A stretch of 63,895 bases of DNA, filler included, from Rhabdomonas costata (lineage: Eukaryota): the NCBI GenBank assembly GCA_019059605.1. It is 51 parts of 51 records of this genome, joined end to end, with 100 filler letters (N's around TTAATTAATTAA, not from the genome) between each part and the next. Parts side by side here need not be neighbours in the genome. Positions count along the whole stretch, not along the records: positions 38,906 to 40,060 come from JAHMHO010025922.1; positions 40,161 to 41,315 come from JAHMHO010025923.1; positions 41,416 to 42,570 come from JAHMHO010025924.1; positions 42,671 to 43,825 come from JAHMHO010025925.1; positions 43,926 to 45,080 come from JAHMHO010025926.1; positions 45,181 to 46,334 come from JAHMHO010025927.1; positions 46,435 to 47,588 come from JAHMHO010025928.1; positions 47,689 to 48,842 come from JAHMHO010025929.1; 43 more parts are not named here. One strand, given 5' to 3'. The notes under the pieces were generated by a model that was not told where the DNA came from, made no database searches, and was given only the letters and a program-made list of their open reading frames with translations. Shown here piece by piece: positions 38,906-49,080 of this stretch (position 1 is the stretch's first letter; every line of letters begins with the position of its first letter). A program made the translations under genes and the position numbers.

Positions 38906-40060
38906 GGGCGGCACACCGAACAAAGGATGCAGTCCGTCGGATTGAAGCAGAGCGGGCCTAGCGTTGTTCAAGTCAGGGAGTATTGGGAAAGACTCAGTGG
39001 CCAGGAAAGCGAGCTCATTGCAAGGTACAACAGAGAGTTAGCAGAGTGGCAAGACATGCAGCACGGATCTGGAGGGGTGAGAGACACGAGGCGGGCACAA
39101 TTGGAACAGAGAGTGGACCAGGTAATTAAAGTCGCTGAACTGTGGAAGACCGCGGCCAATGTATTCACACAGAAGGTGACACAGTTGACACAGCGAGAGC
39201 GGTCGATGCAAACCATCGTAGAGGGGGCATAGAAAGAGTTACAGAGGTTGATGGACACGTTGCAAGAATACCGGGCACTTGCAACCGATGAAGCACAGGT
39301 TCGTGAGCAACTGGGGGGCCAGTTGTTCAGCCATGCCAGAGATGTGTCATTGCTGCAGATGGCCACCAAGCTAATCGAGCGCTGTCCTGCAAACCTCGCC
39401 ACAGAACCTGTGAGAGTGGTGGCAGTGATATTGGGAGAGTTGCTTACAGAGGAAAAGACGCGGGATGCAGTGGCGCAGTGTTTAGACGAGACCCCTTCTG
39501 GTGTGTGTGAGGCGGTGGAGGCATACCGGAAGGCTCAAGAGGAACTGAACGGTCTAATCGTGTGGTTAGGTGAGGGAGCGGCCGAGAAAGTGGGACAGGC
39601 AGGGACATTACCTGCAGACTGTGACTTGCAGCCTGAGGGTGAGACCGCGACTCCACGAGTGCTTATGATGCAAATGGGGACGGCGGCATATGCAGTGGCG
39701 ATCCCGGCAACCATTGGGAAGGTAAGTATAGAAGCTGGAAGTTCGAACGGGGCAGAGTCACCCGTGGGGCAAGAACAGGAAATAGGGGATGGGCAGGCAG
39801 CACGGAGAGTGATTGGGAGGATAACGGAAGAGGTGGAGGCAGTGGTTCACCAAGTCAGGCAAGCTGCACAAGAAACAGGGAAGGCCGTCATGATACCACT
39901 CCCAGTGGCCAGCGTGTTTGACACGGTAGTCCGGGGAACAGAGGCATCAGGGTCAGGTCCCTTAGTGCAACCATCACCCATGAGTCGTGGTAGAGTGGAA
40001 AGCAGCCAGGCGCAGAGAGGGGGCGACGAGAGAATCGTGAACTCCAACGTGCCACCCACA
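38906..40060 (+). pseudogene. Intronless ~385-codon frame with one internal TAG (39230-39232); coiled-coil, probably transposable-element ORF1/gag-like
   Basis: ORFs 38927-39232 and 39248-end share one frame that spans the whole contig. Purine-rich codon usage differs from host exons. No catalytic motif seen, so TE origin is inferred. Confidence 0.5.
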
Positions 40061-42151
40061 NNNNNNNNNNNNNNNNNNNNNNNNNNNNNNNNNNNNNNNN
40101 NNNNTTAATTAATTAANNNNNNNNNNNNNNNNNNNNNNNNNNNNNNNNNNNNNNNNNNNNCCAAGTTAGCATCCATGTATTCTTATTCGTATTCGTATCC
40201 GTGTGTGTATGTTCTATGGTAGAGTGGGTAGTAGGCTGTGGGGTAACGGTGTACTGTGTGACCGATGGTGGTTCATGCTGTGTGCTCACTCCCATGGTTG
40301 AGCTGCTACTTGTTGGGGCTCTGGTGGAGTTACGAGTGCTGTGGACCCAAGGCCATGGTGTGAGTGCTGGTGCTGTCAGCCTTTGTAGTGAGTGGGTAGT
40401 GGTGCTAGGGGACCGGTGGGTGTTGTGGCCGTTGGTGGTTCATGGCATCTACTCTATCCTGGTGGCTGCATCTGTTCATGGTGAGTACGCTGGTAGTGGT
40501 GACCAGGGGTGTTGGTGTACCGTTTGGGCATGGCATTCCTTGATCTGCTATCCGCGGGAGGGCGTTACGGTGTGGCTGGATCGGTGCTTACCTTGCACTC
40601 AACCTCTTGTACATGCCTTGGCTTCCCCTCTTACGTGCGTATCATTCAACTATTGTGTACCTTGTGTAGTCTTGTGCTACAGAGTGTATCGGTAGTAGGG
40701 TGTTGTCATCCTAGCGTAGGGCATGTTGGCATCTCCTCTCCAACCTAGGCGTGGTTTACCCTAGTAGTCGAGTGTGTGTGTGTCACCTTGACTATGGTAT
40801 GGTGTTGGTGTTGGTGTTGCGGTCCGTCTCAACCATGCTCCCTGCAACCATGCTCTCTGTCTGTAGTGCTGTGTTAGTGATTGCTGTGTGTCAGTGTCCT
40901 AGGGTGTCGAGTGGTACGATGTGTGGATTTGGGGCCTCATGGTGGTTGGATGTCAGGATGTTGGTAGGGCTTGGTAAGTGCATGTTGTGTGTTGCTGTGT
41001 TGTGTGACTTTAGCGCTTCTGAAGTAGATGTTGGATGTGAGGTTGTTGGTGAGTTTGTGGTGAGTTAGAGCGTAAGGGTAACGGTATCAGCATGACTATG
41101 AGTGAAGAATGCAGTAACTCTAGCATGACTCAGAGGGAGAGAAGAGAAGAAGAGAAGAGAAAGAAACCCTCCTATTCTTACATTCCTACATCTACTTCAG
41201 AAGCGCTAAAGTCACACAACACAGCAACACACAACATGCACTTACCAAGCCCTACCAACATCCTGACATCCAACCACCATGAGGCCCCAAATCCACACAT
41301 CGTACCACCCCACACNNNNNNNNNNNNNNNNNNNNNNNNNNNNNNNNNNNNNNNNNNNNTTAATTAATTAANNNNNNNNNNNNNNNNNNNNNNNNNNNNN
41401 NNNNNNNNNNNNNNNGGTGTTTGTGCTCGACTCTTTCTCCAGGTGGCTCTCTTGGGAGGAGGTCAAACTTCATCTCAGCCAGGACAACCCACTGAACTGT
41501 AGGTGACCCGGTATCTTCAGGATCGTCAGGGGTACTGAAAGCCCCCCCCCCCCCCATTCGCCTCCTCCCAAGAGAGCCACCTGGAGAAAGAGTCGAGCAC
41601 TAAGATCCTATGCCATCTCCCCGTTTCGCGGGCTTTAACGCCCGCAGTCCCATGAGGTTTCGTATATATGAGGATAGCTTCGACCCATTTTGGTGGAGAG
41701 GTGGGCCAAGAGTAAGGCTTCCTCAAGGAAAAGAGCGATGGATGGACCCCGCTCACAACACCTACCTGACTCATAGGATGGTTAAAATATGATGTATGAA
41801 TGAAATTGGTAACTATGCTACTCAGAGTGAGCACCAACAGTTGGATTGCAGCTGTCACATTATGGCGTGTTGTGCGAGCCTCGCCAAGCATTGGGTTTCG
41901 TCCCCATTGCTTTCTCATCAGAACAAATGGCATACCCACTGTAGTCTGTGCCATGGGACAGAGCATCGCGCGAAGTGGGGGCCTCGAATGGTGGTGGTGG
42001 GGCACCAAAAACACAATCCGAGACAGAAGGCGTCCCATCTGAGCTGATGATGCCGATGAGTCACTCACCCCACGACAATGTGGCTTCCAGATTTCGGACT
42101 GTCATTGCCATTGCACAGAAAGGAGACAGGCATTCGCCGCACACAGCGGAC

Positions 42152-42408
42152 CTGTAGGAGCTGAGGGCAACCGCGGCCATGGTGAGGAACTGGCTGGTCT
42201 TGAAGGGGTAGAACAGCATGGAGTAGGCCTGGGGGACCACCAGCTGAGTGAAGTTCCGGCCGACCGTGCGGCCGTTCCACTGGAGCATCCCGTTGCCCCG
42301 GAACGCGGTGGCCGTGGTGACGATGAGCTGTTGCGAAGGCGCGAGCATCGCCAGGAAGGAGTTCTTCGTGCTCTGGATCAGCACAGCCTGCAGCTGAGAG
42401 GTCGCCTC
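42152..42408 (-). CDS. Internal exon, probably the N-terminal extracellular helix region of a sensor receptor
   Basis: TTACAG|GAG...TAC AG|GTCCGC. EATSQLQAVLIQSTKNSFLAMLAPSQQLIVTTATAFRGNGML...RNFTQ is strongly GC3-biased and helical with a sequon. Confidence 0.6.
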
Positions 42409-43657
42409 CTGTAAGGGAACGAAAGCTGGCAAAAGGGGACCAAGCCAAAAGGGGAGCAAGCCAGGACGTCCCGGTGGCGTTAAGAAGTGGCCTGTGCGAT
42501 GCAAAAAGGAGCGAGCGGGTCGTGTTTGAGTGTCAGGATTGCCCATAGTGGAAGGAGGAAAAAACACACANNNNNNNNNNNNNNNNNNNNNNNNNNNNNN
42601 NNNNNNNNNNNNNNTTAATTAATTAANNNNNNNNNNNNNNNNNNNNNNNNNNNNNNNNNNNNNNNNNNNNTGTTGTTTTTTGTGTGCTGGTGGGCGAAGT
42701 TTTGCCTCCAAAGTACACTCTCGGTTTTCTAATTTTGACAGGTTCCCCGGTCCGTTCCTGCAGGGACAGCTTTTAAGGCTCTGAGGATTGTGAGGAGCGA
42801 CAAGCCAGGGGTCAAACATAAGCCAGGCGAGTGCTCACACTGAAGTTTGATTGTGTGGCTACGGGCCCTCAGGATGTCATCAAGGACAAGCTCATGGCCG
42901 TTAGGGTATTTTTCTTTCCAAACAAAACCGTCAACTATGGGCTTCGCTCGCCCACATGTACTGAGACCAGAGGCACAACAAGGTAGAGAAAATAACTTCT
43001 GTTCGAAAGATTAATCTCTCAGTTTCCGGATGGAGCCTTGCGTTTCATTAAAATGGACAAGATTTTAGCCCTGGAGCCGTGATGAAGATGGGCCCTCCTT
43101 CCTGAATTCCGCCCACGACTCCCGAACTTCTGTCATGAATCTCTCCACCCGCTCAACCAATCCTTTGTTATCCCCGCCACCACGCGAAAGTTAATGAACT
43201 TGGGGATCGGGGGATCACTCATGGAACCCTTTGCGTAGGGATCGGCTTGTGAAGTGTTTGTAAAGTGTGTAATTTCCAGTGCTCATTCAGGAAGCGCAAG
43301 CAATGTCTCGAGACATATTTGGCATAAAGTGCCCTTAAGCCGGTTAGGGTTAAGATTAGTGTTTGTGGGACCACATGGGCGAGCCCACTCTGCTGCAATC
43401 GACGAGACAGGCTTTCCTTCATTTTCGCCCGCTTGCCTGCTTAGACACCAAAATAGCAGGGACCTTTTTGCAGTTTCCGGCTTCGAGAAAGTCATGCCGA
43501 TGAAGGGGGTCGGTCAGATCTGGCTGCCGTGTGTGGTCCCTTTCGCCGTTGTGGTGTGTTATGTGAACGTTCAGGGAATTTTTTCGTGTTTAGGAGGTGG
43601 AGGTGCATCGGATTTTTTTCTTCTTGTGGATTTCAGACCCCAAGTGCGTTTATCCAG

Positions 43658-43792
43658 TCCGGCCTCACACCCGCGGACTGGGCGAAGTTGAACGGGCACC
43701 CCGAGCTCGCAAAGCTGTTCCTGGAAAGTAAGAAGGGTACTGCCTCCAACCAAGTTCCGCCCCATACGTGGCAGCAGTTGAAAGCGCCGTAG
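43658..43792 (+). CDS. Ankyrin-repeat exon
   Basis: CAG|SGLTPADWAKLNGHPELAKLFLE matches the ankyrin consensus G.TPLH.A...GH.E....LL. Confidence 0.75.
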   Translation, partial: SGLTPADWAKLNGHPELAKLFLESKKGTASNQVPPHTWQQLKAP

Positions 43793-44150
43793 CGTCCGGT
43801 CAACCTGCCGTCAAGCAAAACGATANNNNNNNNNNNNNNNNNNNNNNNNNNNNNNNNNNNNNNNNNNNNTTAATTAATTAANNNNNNNNNNNNNNNNNNN
43901 NNNNNNNNNNNNNNNNNNNNNNNNNTGTGGTGTGGTGGTGGTGGTGGTGGTGGTGGTAGGTGAGCTTCCCCCGCAGGTCCTTGACTCTTGCGGTGTATCA
44001 CCTAAATATGCCGGACTGATTATGATATGTTCCTATCATTGCGGCCACTGCTGCCGTCCGGGCTGTGGGGACTCCGCGTTCCGCAGACCCTTCCGTACTG
44101 CAGCTGCGGGTTCCGCCGTGGCTACCTACGCTGCTGCCGCTGCCTCGGTC

Positions 44151-44610
44151 CCTAACCCTAACCCTAGTTGGTTGCTCAGGTGTTATACGAGTGCGTCGGC
44201 AGTGAATGATTGAGCGGGGTGATGCGAGAGATCGCTCAGACCGGGAGTGTCAGTGCCGACGTCCACTGCCATGGGGCACACTTGGAACGGGCTCACCCCG
44301 CCTTGCACGTACACCGAGCTCTTGCCGATCGGGATTGCCACCCCAGTGATACCCACGTCACCCACCTGCAGACGGGGGGGCGGAAGGGGATTCTTTTTCC
44401 CACTGCAAATGTACAATAAGACAACAAGGCTCAGTCAACTTCGATACCCCACACCCGCGCACAGCGTGCGATAATAATCACTCACACCGGCTCCACAAGG
44501 ATGAAGTTTTTGTGACACCCTCGACGGTTCATATTCTTCTCCTCATGAGCCAGCAACCTATACTCAACTGCGAACAGAGTAACCACTAAACTCTAACCCT
44601 AACCCTAACT
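44151..44610 (+). repeat. Two short interstitial (CCCTAA)n telomere-like tracts (44150-44166, 44593-44609)
   Basis: CCCTAACCCTAACCCTAG and CTAACCCTAACCCTAAC lie in introns flanking the second malic-enzyme exon. Confidence 0.6.
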
Positions 44611-44921
44611 CCTCGAATAACATACGCTCAGCGGTTGTGAAAATCTGTGTTCCCGTTGTCTCATGCTCAGCCAGGTCACACATGGATGCATGGCAAGACT
44701 GACATTTTTTATGACTCCGGGGTGATGCCGCAGTGTGGTGTGGTGGGTCTGTGGAGCATCTGGAAACCTCGGAGGAGGAGCCGTCTGTGAGGATCACCAG
44801 CCTCACATCGGTCAAGGGAAAGCTCCGGAGCACTCGCAGGGCGTTGGCAGTGGCAGTGCGAGCAGAGAAGTACAGAGCTCGCGAGATCACGGGCAGGCTG
44901 CTGGAGGCCAGCACGGCCTCC
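44242..44921 (-). CDS. Malic enzyme (NAD(P)-dependent, large-subunit type) N-terminal domain, divergent, partial; exons 44921-44768, 44365-44242
   Basis: EAVLASSSLPVISRALYFSARTATANALRVLRSFPLTDVRLVILTDGSSSE-VGDVGITGVAIPIGKSSVYVQGGVSPFQVCPMAVDVGTD aligns to malic-enzyme motifs RGLY.S, L.NWP..DV...V.TDG.RILGLGD.G..G..IP.GK..LY...GG..P....P...DVGT.N. Confidence 0.85.
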
Positions 44922-45191
44922 CTGCCAGGAGAGCAAAGCAGAGCAGTGGGGCGGGCGATATGGCGATAGGATATCTTTTTCTACACGACATTGCGCGTAC
45001 CTAACGCACAAAGACTTGGCGGGATGTGTCACTGGGAGGTCTCGCTAGGGTTTCGGCCCACCGAAGAGCCCCCACACACANNNNNNNNNNNNNNNNNNNN
45101 NNNNNNNNNNNNNNNNNNNNNNNNTTAATTAATTAANNNNNNNNNNNNNNNNNNNNNNNNNNNNNNNNNNNNNNNNNNNNGGGGGGGTGGG

Positions 45192-46046
45192 GCTATTGTC
45201 ATGGAGGTGGACCACAGTTGACGGTGAATTGGTGAATTGCATCTTGGAAAGAATGCCATCAAAAGTGAATGTCCGCTGAGCAGCATTTCTCTAAAGAGGA
45301 ATCCATTGGTCTAAACTCTTGCATTGGATTGCAGTGGAATGATATCGAAATGGATTCGTACGATTCTGGTTGATTGCGCGGGTTGCTCGACCGCGTCGAC
45401 CGAGTGTCGAGGTTTTCCTTGTGATGAAAGGTACCGGAATCTGAACCGTTTTGAAGCATCCAGCGAAACTTGCTGCGTAGTCACTGACCAGTCTCATGCT
45501 CTGTTCTGCGCCACGCACTCGGTTTGCAGGTCTCCAAAATGAACTCCGACGAAGCGATGGCTTCTGTTCAGTTTGAAGTAAATGCGTGTCTCTCTCTCTG
45601 TGTGTCTACCTGGGAATAGAGGTGAAAGGTTGTTCACCGATGTTCATGATAGATGACAGGACATCAGAGTTCCACGTCTTCTTCGCTCCCTTTGAGACTT
45701 GTTTCTGATGCGCACACAAATGTTCAGAAGTTTTGGAAGTTGGAAGGACTTTTGGAAGTTTGAAGGCACCGCATGAGGGAAGACTTGACCTCTCTGAATG
45801 TTTTTGAGGACTGCGTTTGCTGTGTTTTTGCGGCCAGTCGCCAAGCAGGGAAGTGGGTTTTTTCTATTGTGCAGTTGTTCTCTGCTCTGCACAGATCGGA
45901 ATCGGCATTCACACTGGAGACATTATGTTGGGAACCATTGGCGAGCCTGAGCGGATGGACACCACGGTGATCTCGGAGACCATGGTTGTTGCGTCAAGAC
46001 TGAACTCCTTGAACCGCCTCTTGGGCACAACCATGCTCCTGACAAG
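45192..46046 (+). CDS. Bacterial-type class III adenylyl cyclase domain, partial; exons ~45192-45206, 45530-45577, 45895-46046
   Basis: AIVME-VSKMNSDEAMASVQFE-IGIGIHTGDIMLGTIGEPERMDTTVISETMVVASRLNSLNRLLGTTMLLT matches IGIGIH.G..MLGTIG...RMD.TVISD.VN.ASRLE.L. The last donor is AG|GCACCC. Confidence 0.9.
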
Positions 46047-47688
46047 GCACCCCCACACCTTCCCCTTCCCATGCTGCGCCATCAGCCTGCATCGTTTTTT
46101 GCTCTTGAGGGTTGGGATAAAATGCTTTTCGCCGTTTACCTCTTCTCTGCTTTAATGTTAAGCACTTCGGGCTTCATGTCCTTTTCCATGGCTCATTTTG
46201 TATGCACTATTTGGATTGTTTTTTCAATTCCATGGGCAATCTCTTCCCGTCATCCTTCAGTTTTAGACTATCTCGTGCTTCAGTGAACATGCTTTGTCCA
46301 ACACGAGGGAATAACCCGCTCAGTGAACTGAGATNNNNNNNNNNNNNNNNNNNNNNNNNNNNNNNNNNNNNNNNNNNNTTAATTAATTAANNNNNNNNNN
46401 NNNNNNNNNNNNNNNNNNNNNNNNNNNNNNNNNNTTGTTGGATCGTGGTGTGCCGAGTGTTGTGGTATGCAATTGTGTTCGGCATCGTGAGAGTCTTCAG
46501 ATTTGCTGCTGTCTTGCAATGGTTCAGTAGACCTGTCAGAATGCAGTAGAGTCGTTGCTGGCATTCAACTCCAGGGCGTACTCCAAGTGAGTCCCTTCCG
46601 AGGCAGAAGTTATGGGTGCAGATGAATCTGCTGCATCCACCACACAGAAGTCAATTGGTTCGTTCTCAGGCAGGGGAAACATTTGCGTGGGAAGGGTATC
46701 GTTGTATTCGTGTCTTACTTCCCCGCCACTACGCCGAAAGTGTCGAACTCAGGTGCTGGTGGTGCTGGTGGTGGTCTTCGTGAGGTGTTTTTGATGTCTG
46801 CAAATGTTTGATGGACTCCAGAGAGTGATTTAGAAGGTCCAGTGAAAATGGTGGGACATCTTCTGAAACTGGGGTTCTTTGGTGTGAGGCCATGGGTCCA
46901 CGGCCAGTAGCCATGAAAGTTTTTCGAGTTTGCTGGGAACCTGGGTCAAGGATTGTACTGGATTTTGCCATCACGGTGTCTGATGTACCCTGGTATACTG
47001 ATGATTGGGAGGAAAGAACTAAGCCGTCAGCTGGCATTCCTGAGGTTGTCACACAACTACGAAACGCATGTCAGTCTGGGGATTACCAACTTCGCTTCTA
47101 ACAAACGGATGGAATGATACTGATGTCTGAACTGGAACTTCCTACTTCCCCTTAGATAACGTACGGCACGTTGATGACGGTGCTCGTCAGTTTCCATTGC
47201 ATTTTCCCTATGTTTTTGGCGTGTAATCCGTCCGAATCACACCCGGTAATTCATATGACAACTCCAGCAAACTAACGGAAAAACTGATCAATGAGTAACA
47301 CACGCAGGGAAGCATGCAGCCTTTTGGAGGCGACTCACCGTTAGACCATGTCATTTGGTGTGTTCTCGACGACTCCCTAAACATCCACCGGTACTGGTAC
47401 TGGTAAATTGACGACACGTCATACAACGGCTCACTCCAACCTCATAGGTGGCGTGGGGTGGGCATGGCCGTAGCGTAGCGAAGGACATCCTGACAACTAA
47501 AGGCATCTTCTATACCTGTCACTTTGCATCCTTACACACCCATAAGGGGCTTTCAGGATGCTCCGTCCTGGCGTAGCCACCACAAAACNNNNNNNNNNNN
47601 NNNNNNNNNNNNNNNNNNNNNNNNNNNNNNNNTTAATTAATTAANNNNNNNNNNNNNNNNNNNNNNNNNNNNNNNNNNNNNNNNNNNN

Positions 47689-48756
47689 GCATCGGGTGAT
47701 GAGCTCTCGGATCGTGCGTTTCGCAGAGCCCATTCCTTCCTTGCAGCGAAATCGTCGAGTTCCATCACTGACGATCTTCCTGGGCATCGGGCTGCTCCTG
47801 CAGAATCCCAGAGCTTCGTGGAGAGTGTCGCCACCTCCCAGGAGTTCCGTGCCTCAGGTTCGTCATTTTCGCCTCACTTTGCAGGTGAATGCCCCACGTG
47901 TTGGAATGACCGGCAGGGTTGTGCTGCTGCTTTCAATAGTGTGGCAAGAGCCTTAGTCGAATGAATGTGCCTTGAGGCTATTATTGTGAATAACATTCGT
48001 CTTTTGGGCATTAATAGAGAAACGAGCTGAAAGAAGACTGCAGCCTCGACCCGTCTGATTTTTTTTGTTCTGCTCACAGAAGAAATCCAGCCTGAAGCAG
48101 CTGGCGCGCCCGTGCAGATGGACGAAGAGTATCCCGACGACTTTGTCTCTGGTGTGTCGGTTAACGAGCGAGTCCAGTTGTCAAGGAGGGTCGAAGGGTC
48201 GAAGTTCTTGTGTACCGATGACTCCAACTATGCAACTGTTTTATACACCGCTCCATTGCCTTAGGGCGGTGCTTCGACGTCACTCACACGCACGCGCACA
48301 CACTCTCCTTTTTTCTCCCGTGTGCGTATTTTCAGACCTTGGCAGCGCCACGACGGATGCTGCGGAGAGCATCCGGTCCTTCCAGGACATCACGGAGGAT
48401 GCCATTCGCGTCTCCAATGGCTCTCCCGCCCTTAAGCCAGGTGCGATTTCTTGATAATGATCATATTTCCCATCCTTTTATTGGAAAGGGATTCGAATTT
48501 CCCCACCACCGGATGCACACCTGCATGTATACGTGCATATCTACGCTGGTTCTATGCTGGTTTGACTCATATTCTGTTCTCGTTCGTCTTTTCTGTTCGT
48601 TCCATCCTGGTTTTCTTTTCTATCTATTCTGCAATTAGCTGTATTTGAGATACCTCAACCTGCGGAGATGCTGCCGCCCTCTCTTATGCCCCGCCGACGG
48701 GAGGACCCTGGCTTGGAAGAGGACTCCTCCAGCGCAGGGGCAGACCTGGACTCATG
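47689..48756 (+). CDS. Four-exon fragment of an acidic low-complexity protein (47689-47857, 48080-48151, 48336-48440, 48639-48756)
   Basis: Three phase-1 GT-AG introns join into one open frame (...EEIQPEAAGAPVQMDEEYPDDFVS-DLGSATTDAAESIRSFQDITEDAIR...). Confidence 0.65.
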
Positions 48757-48999
48757 GTGAGATTCCCACCCCCGTCCGCACCCTTACACAAATACCCACC
48801 GCAAGTATGCGCTTGGCGCTCCCCCGTACGCCACCCACCACANNNNNNNNNNNNNNNNNNNNNNNNNNNNNNNNNNNNNNNNNNNNTTAATTAATTAANN
48901 NNNNNNNNNNNNNNNNNNNNNNNNNNNNNNNNNNNNNNNNNNGTTGGTTTGGCCATCAACGGCAGCCCCCAGCAGAGACCGCCCGGCAGCTGCCACAAA

Positions 49000-49080
49000 A
49001 GCGAACGAGAGGAATGGTTTGAGCCAACGCGAAAAAGTACCCCTTTTTCGCGTTGGCTCAAACCATTCCTCTCGTTCGCT
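49000..49080. repeat. Perfect 38-bp inverted repeat with 5-nt loop
   Basis: AGCGAACGAGAGGAATGGTTTGAGCCAACGCGAAAAAG-TACCC-reverse complement. Confidence 0.95.

Noticed and set aside
39230-39232. Genome-wide stop-codon reassignment (TAG as sense)
   Set aside because: Only one case, in a probable mobile-element ORF. None of the conserved host exons contains an in-frame stop.
46435-47130. Retroelement or gene in the 107-aa minus-strand ORF region
   Set aside because: The frames I translated contain stops and no recognisable motif, so no call could be supported.
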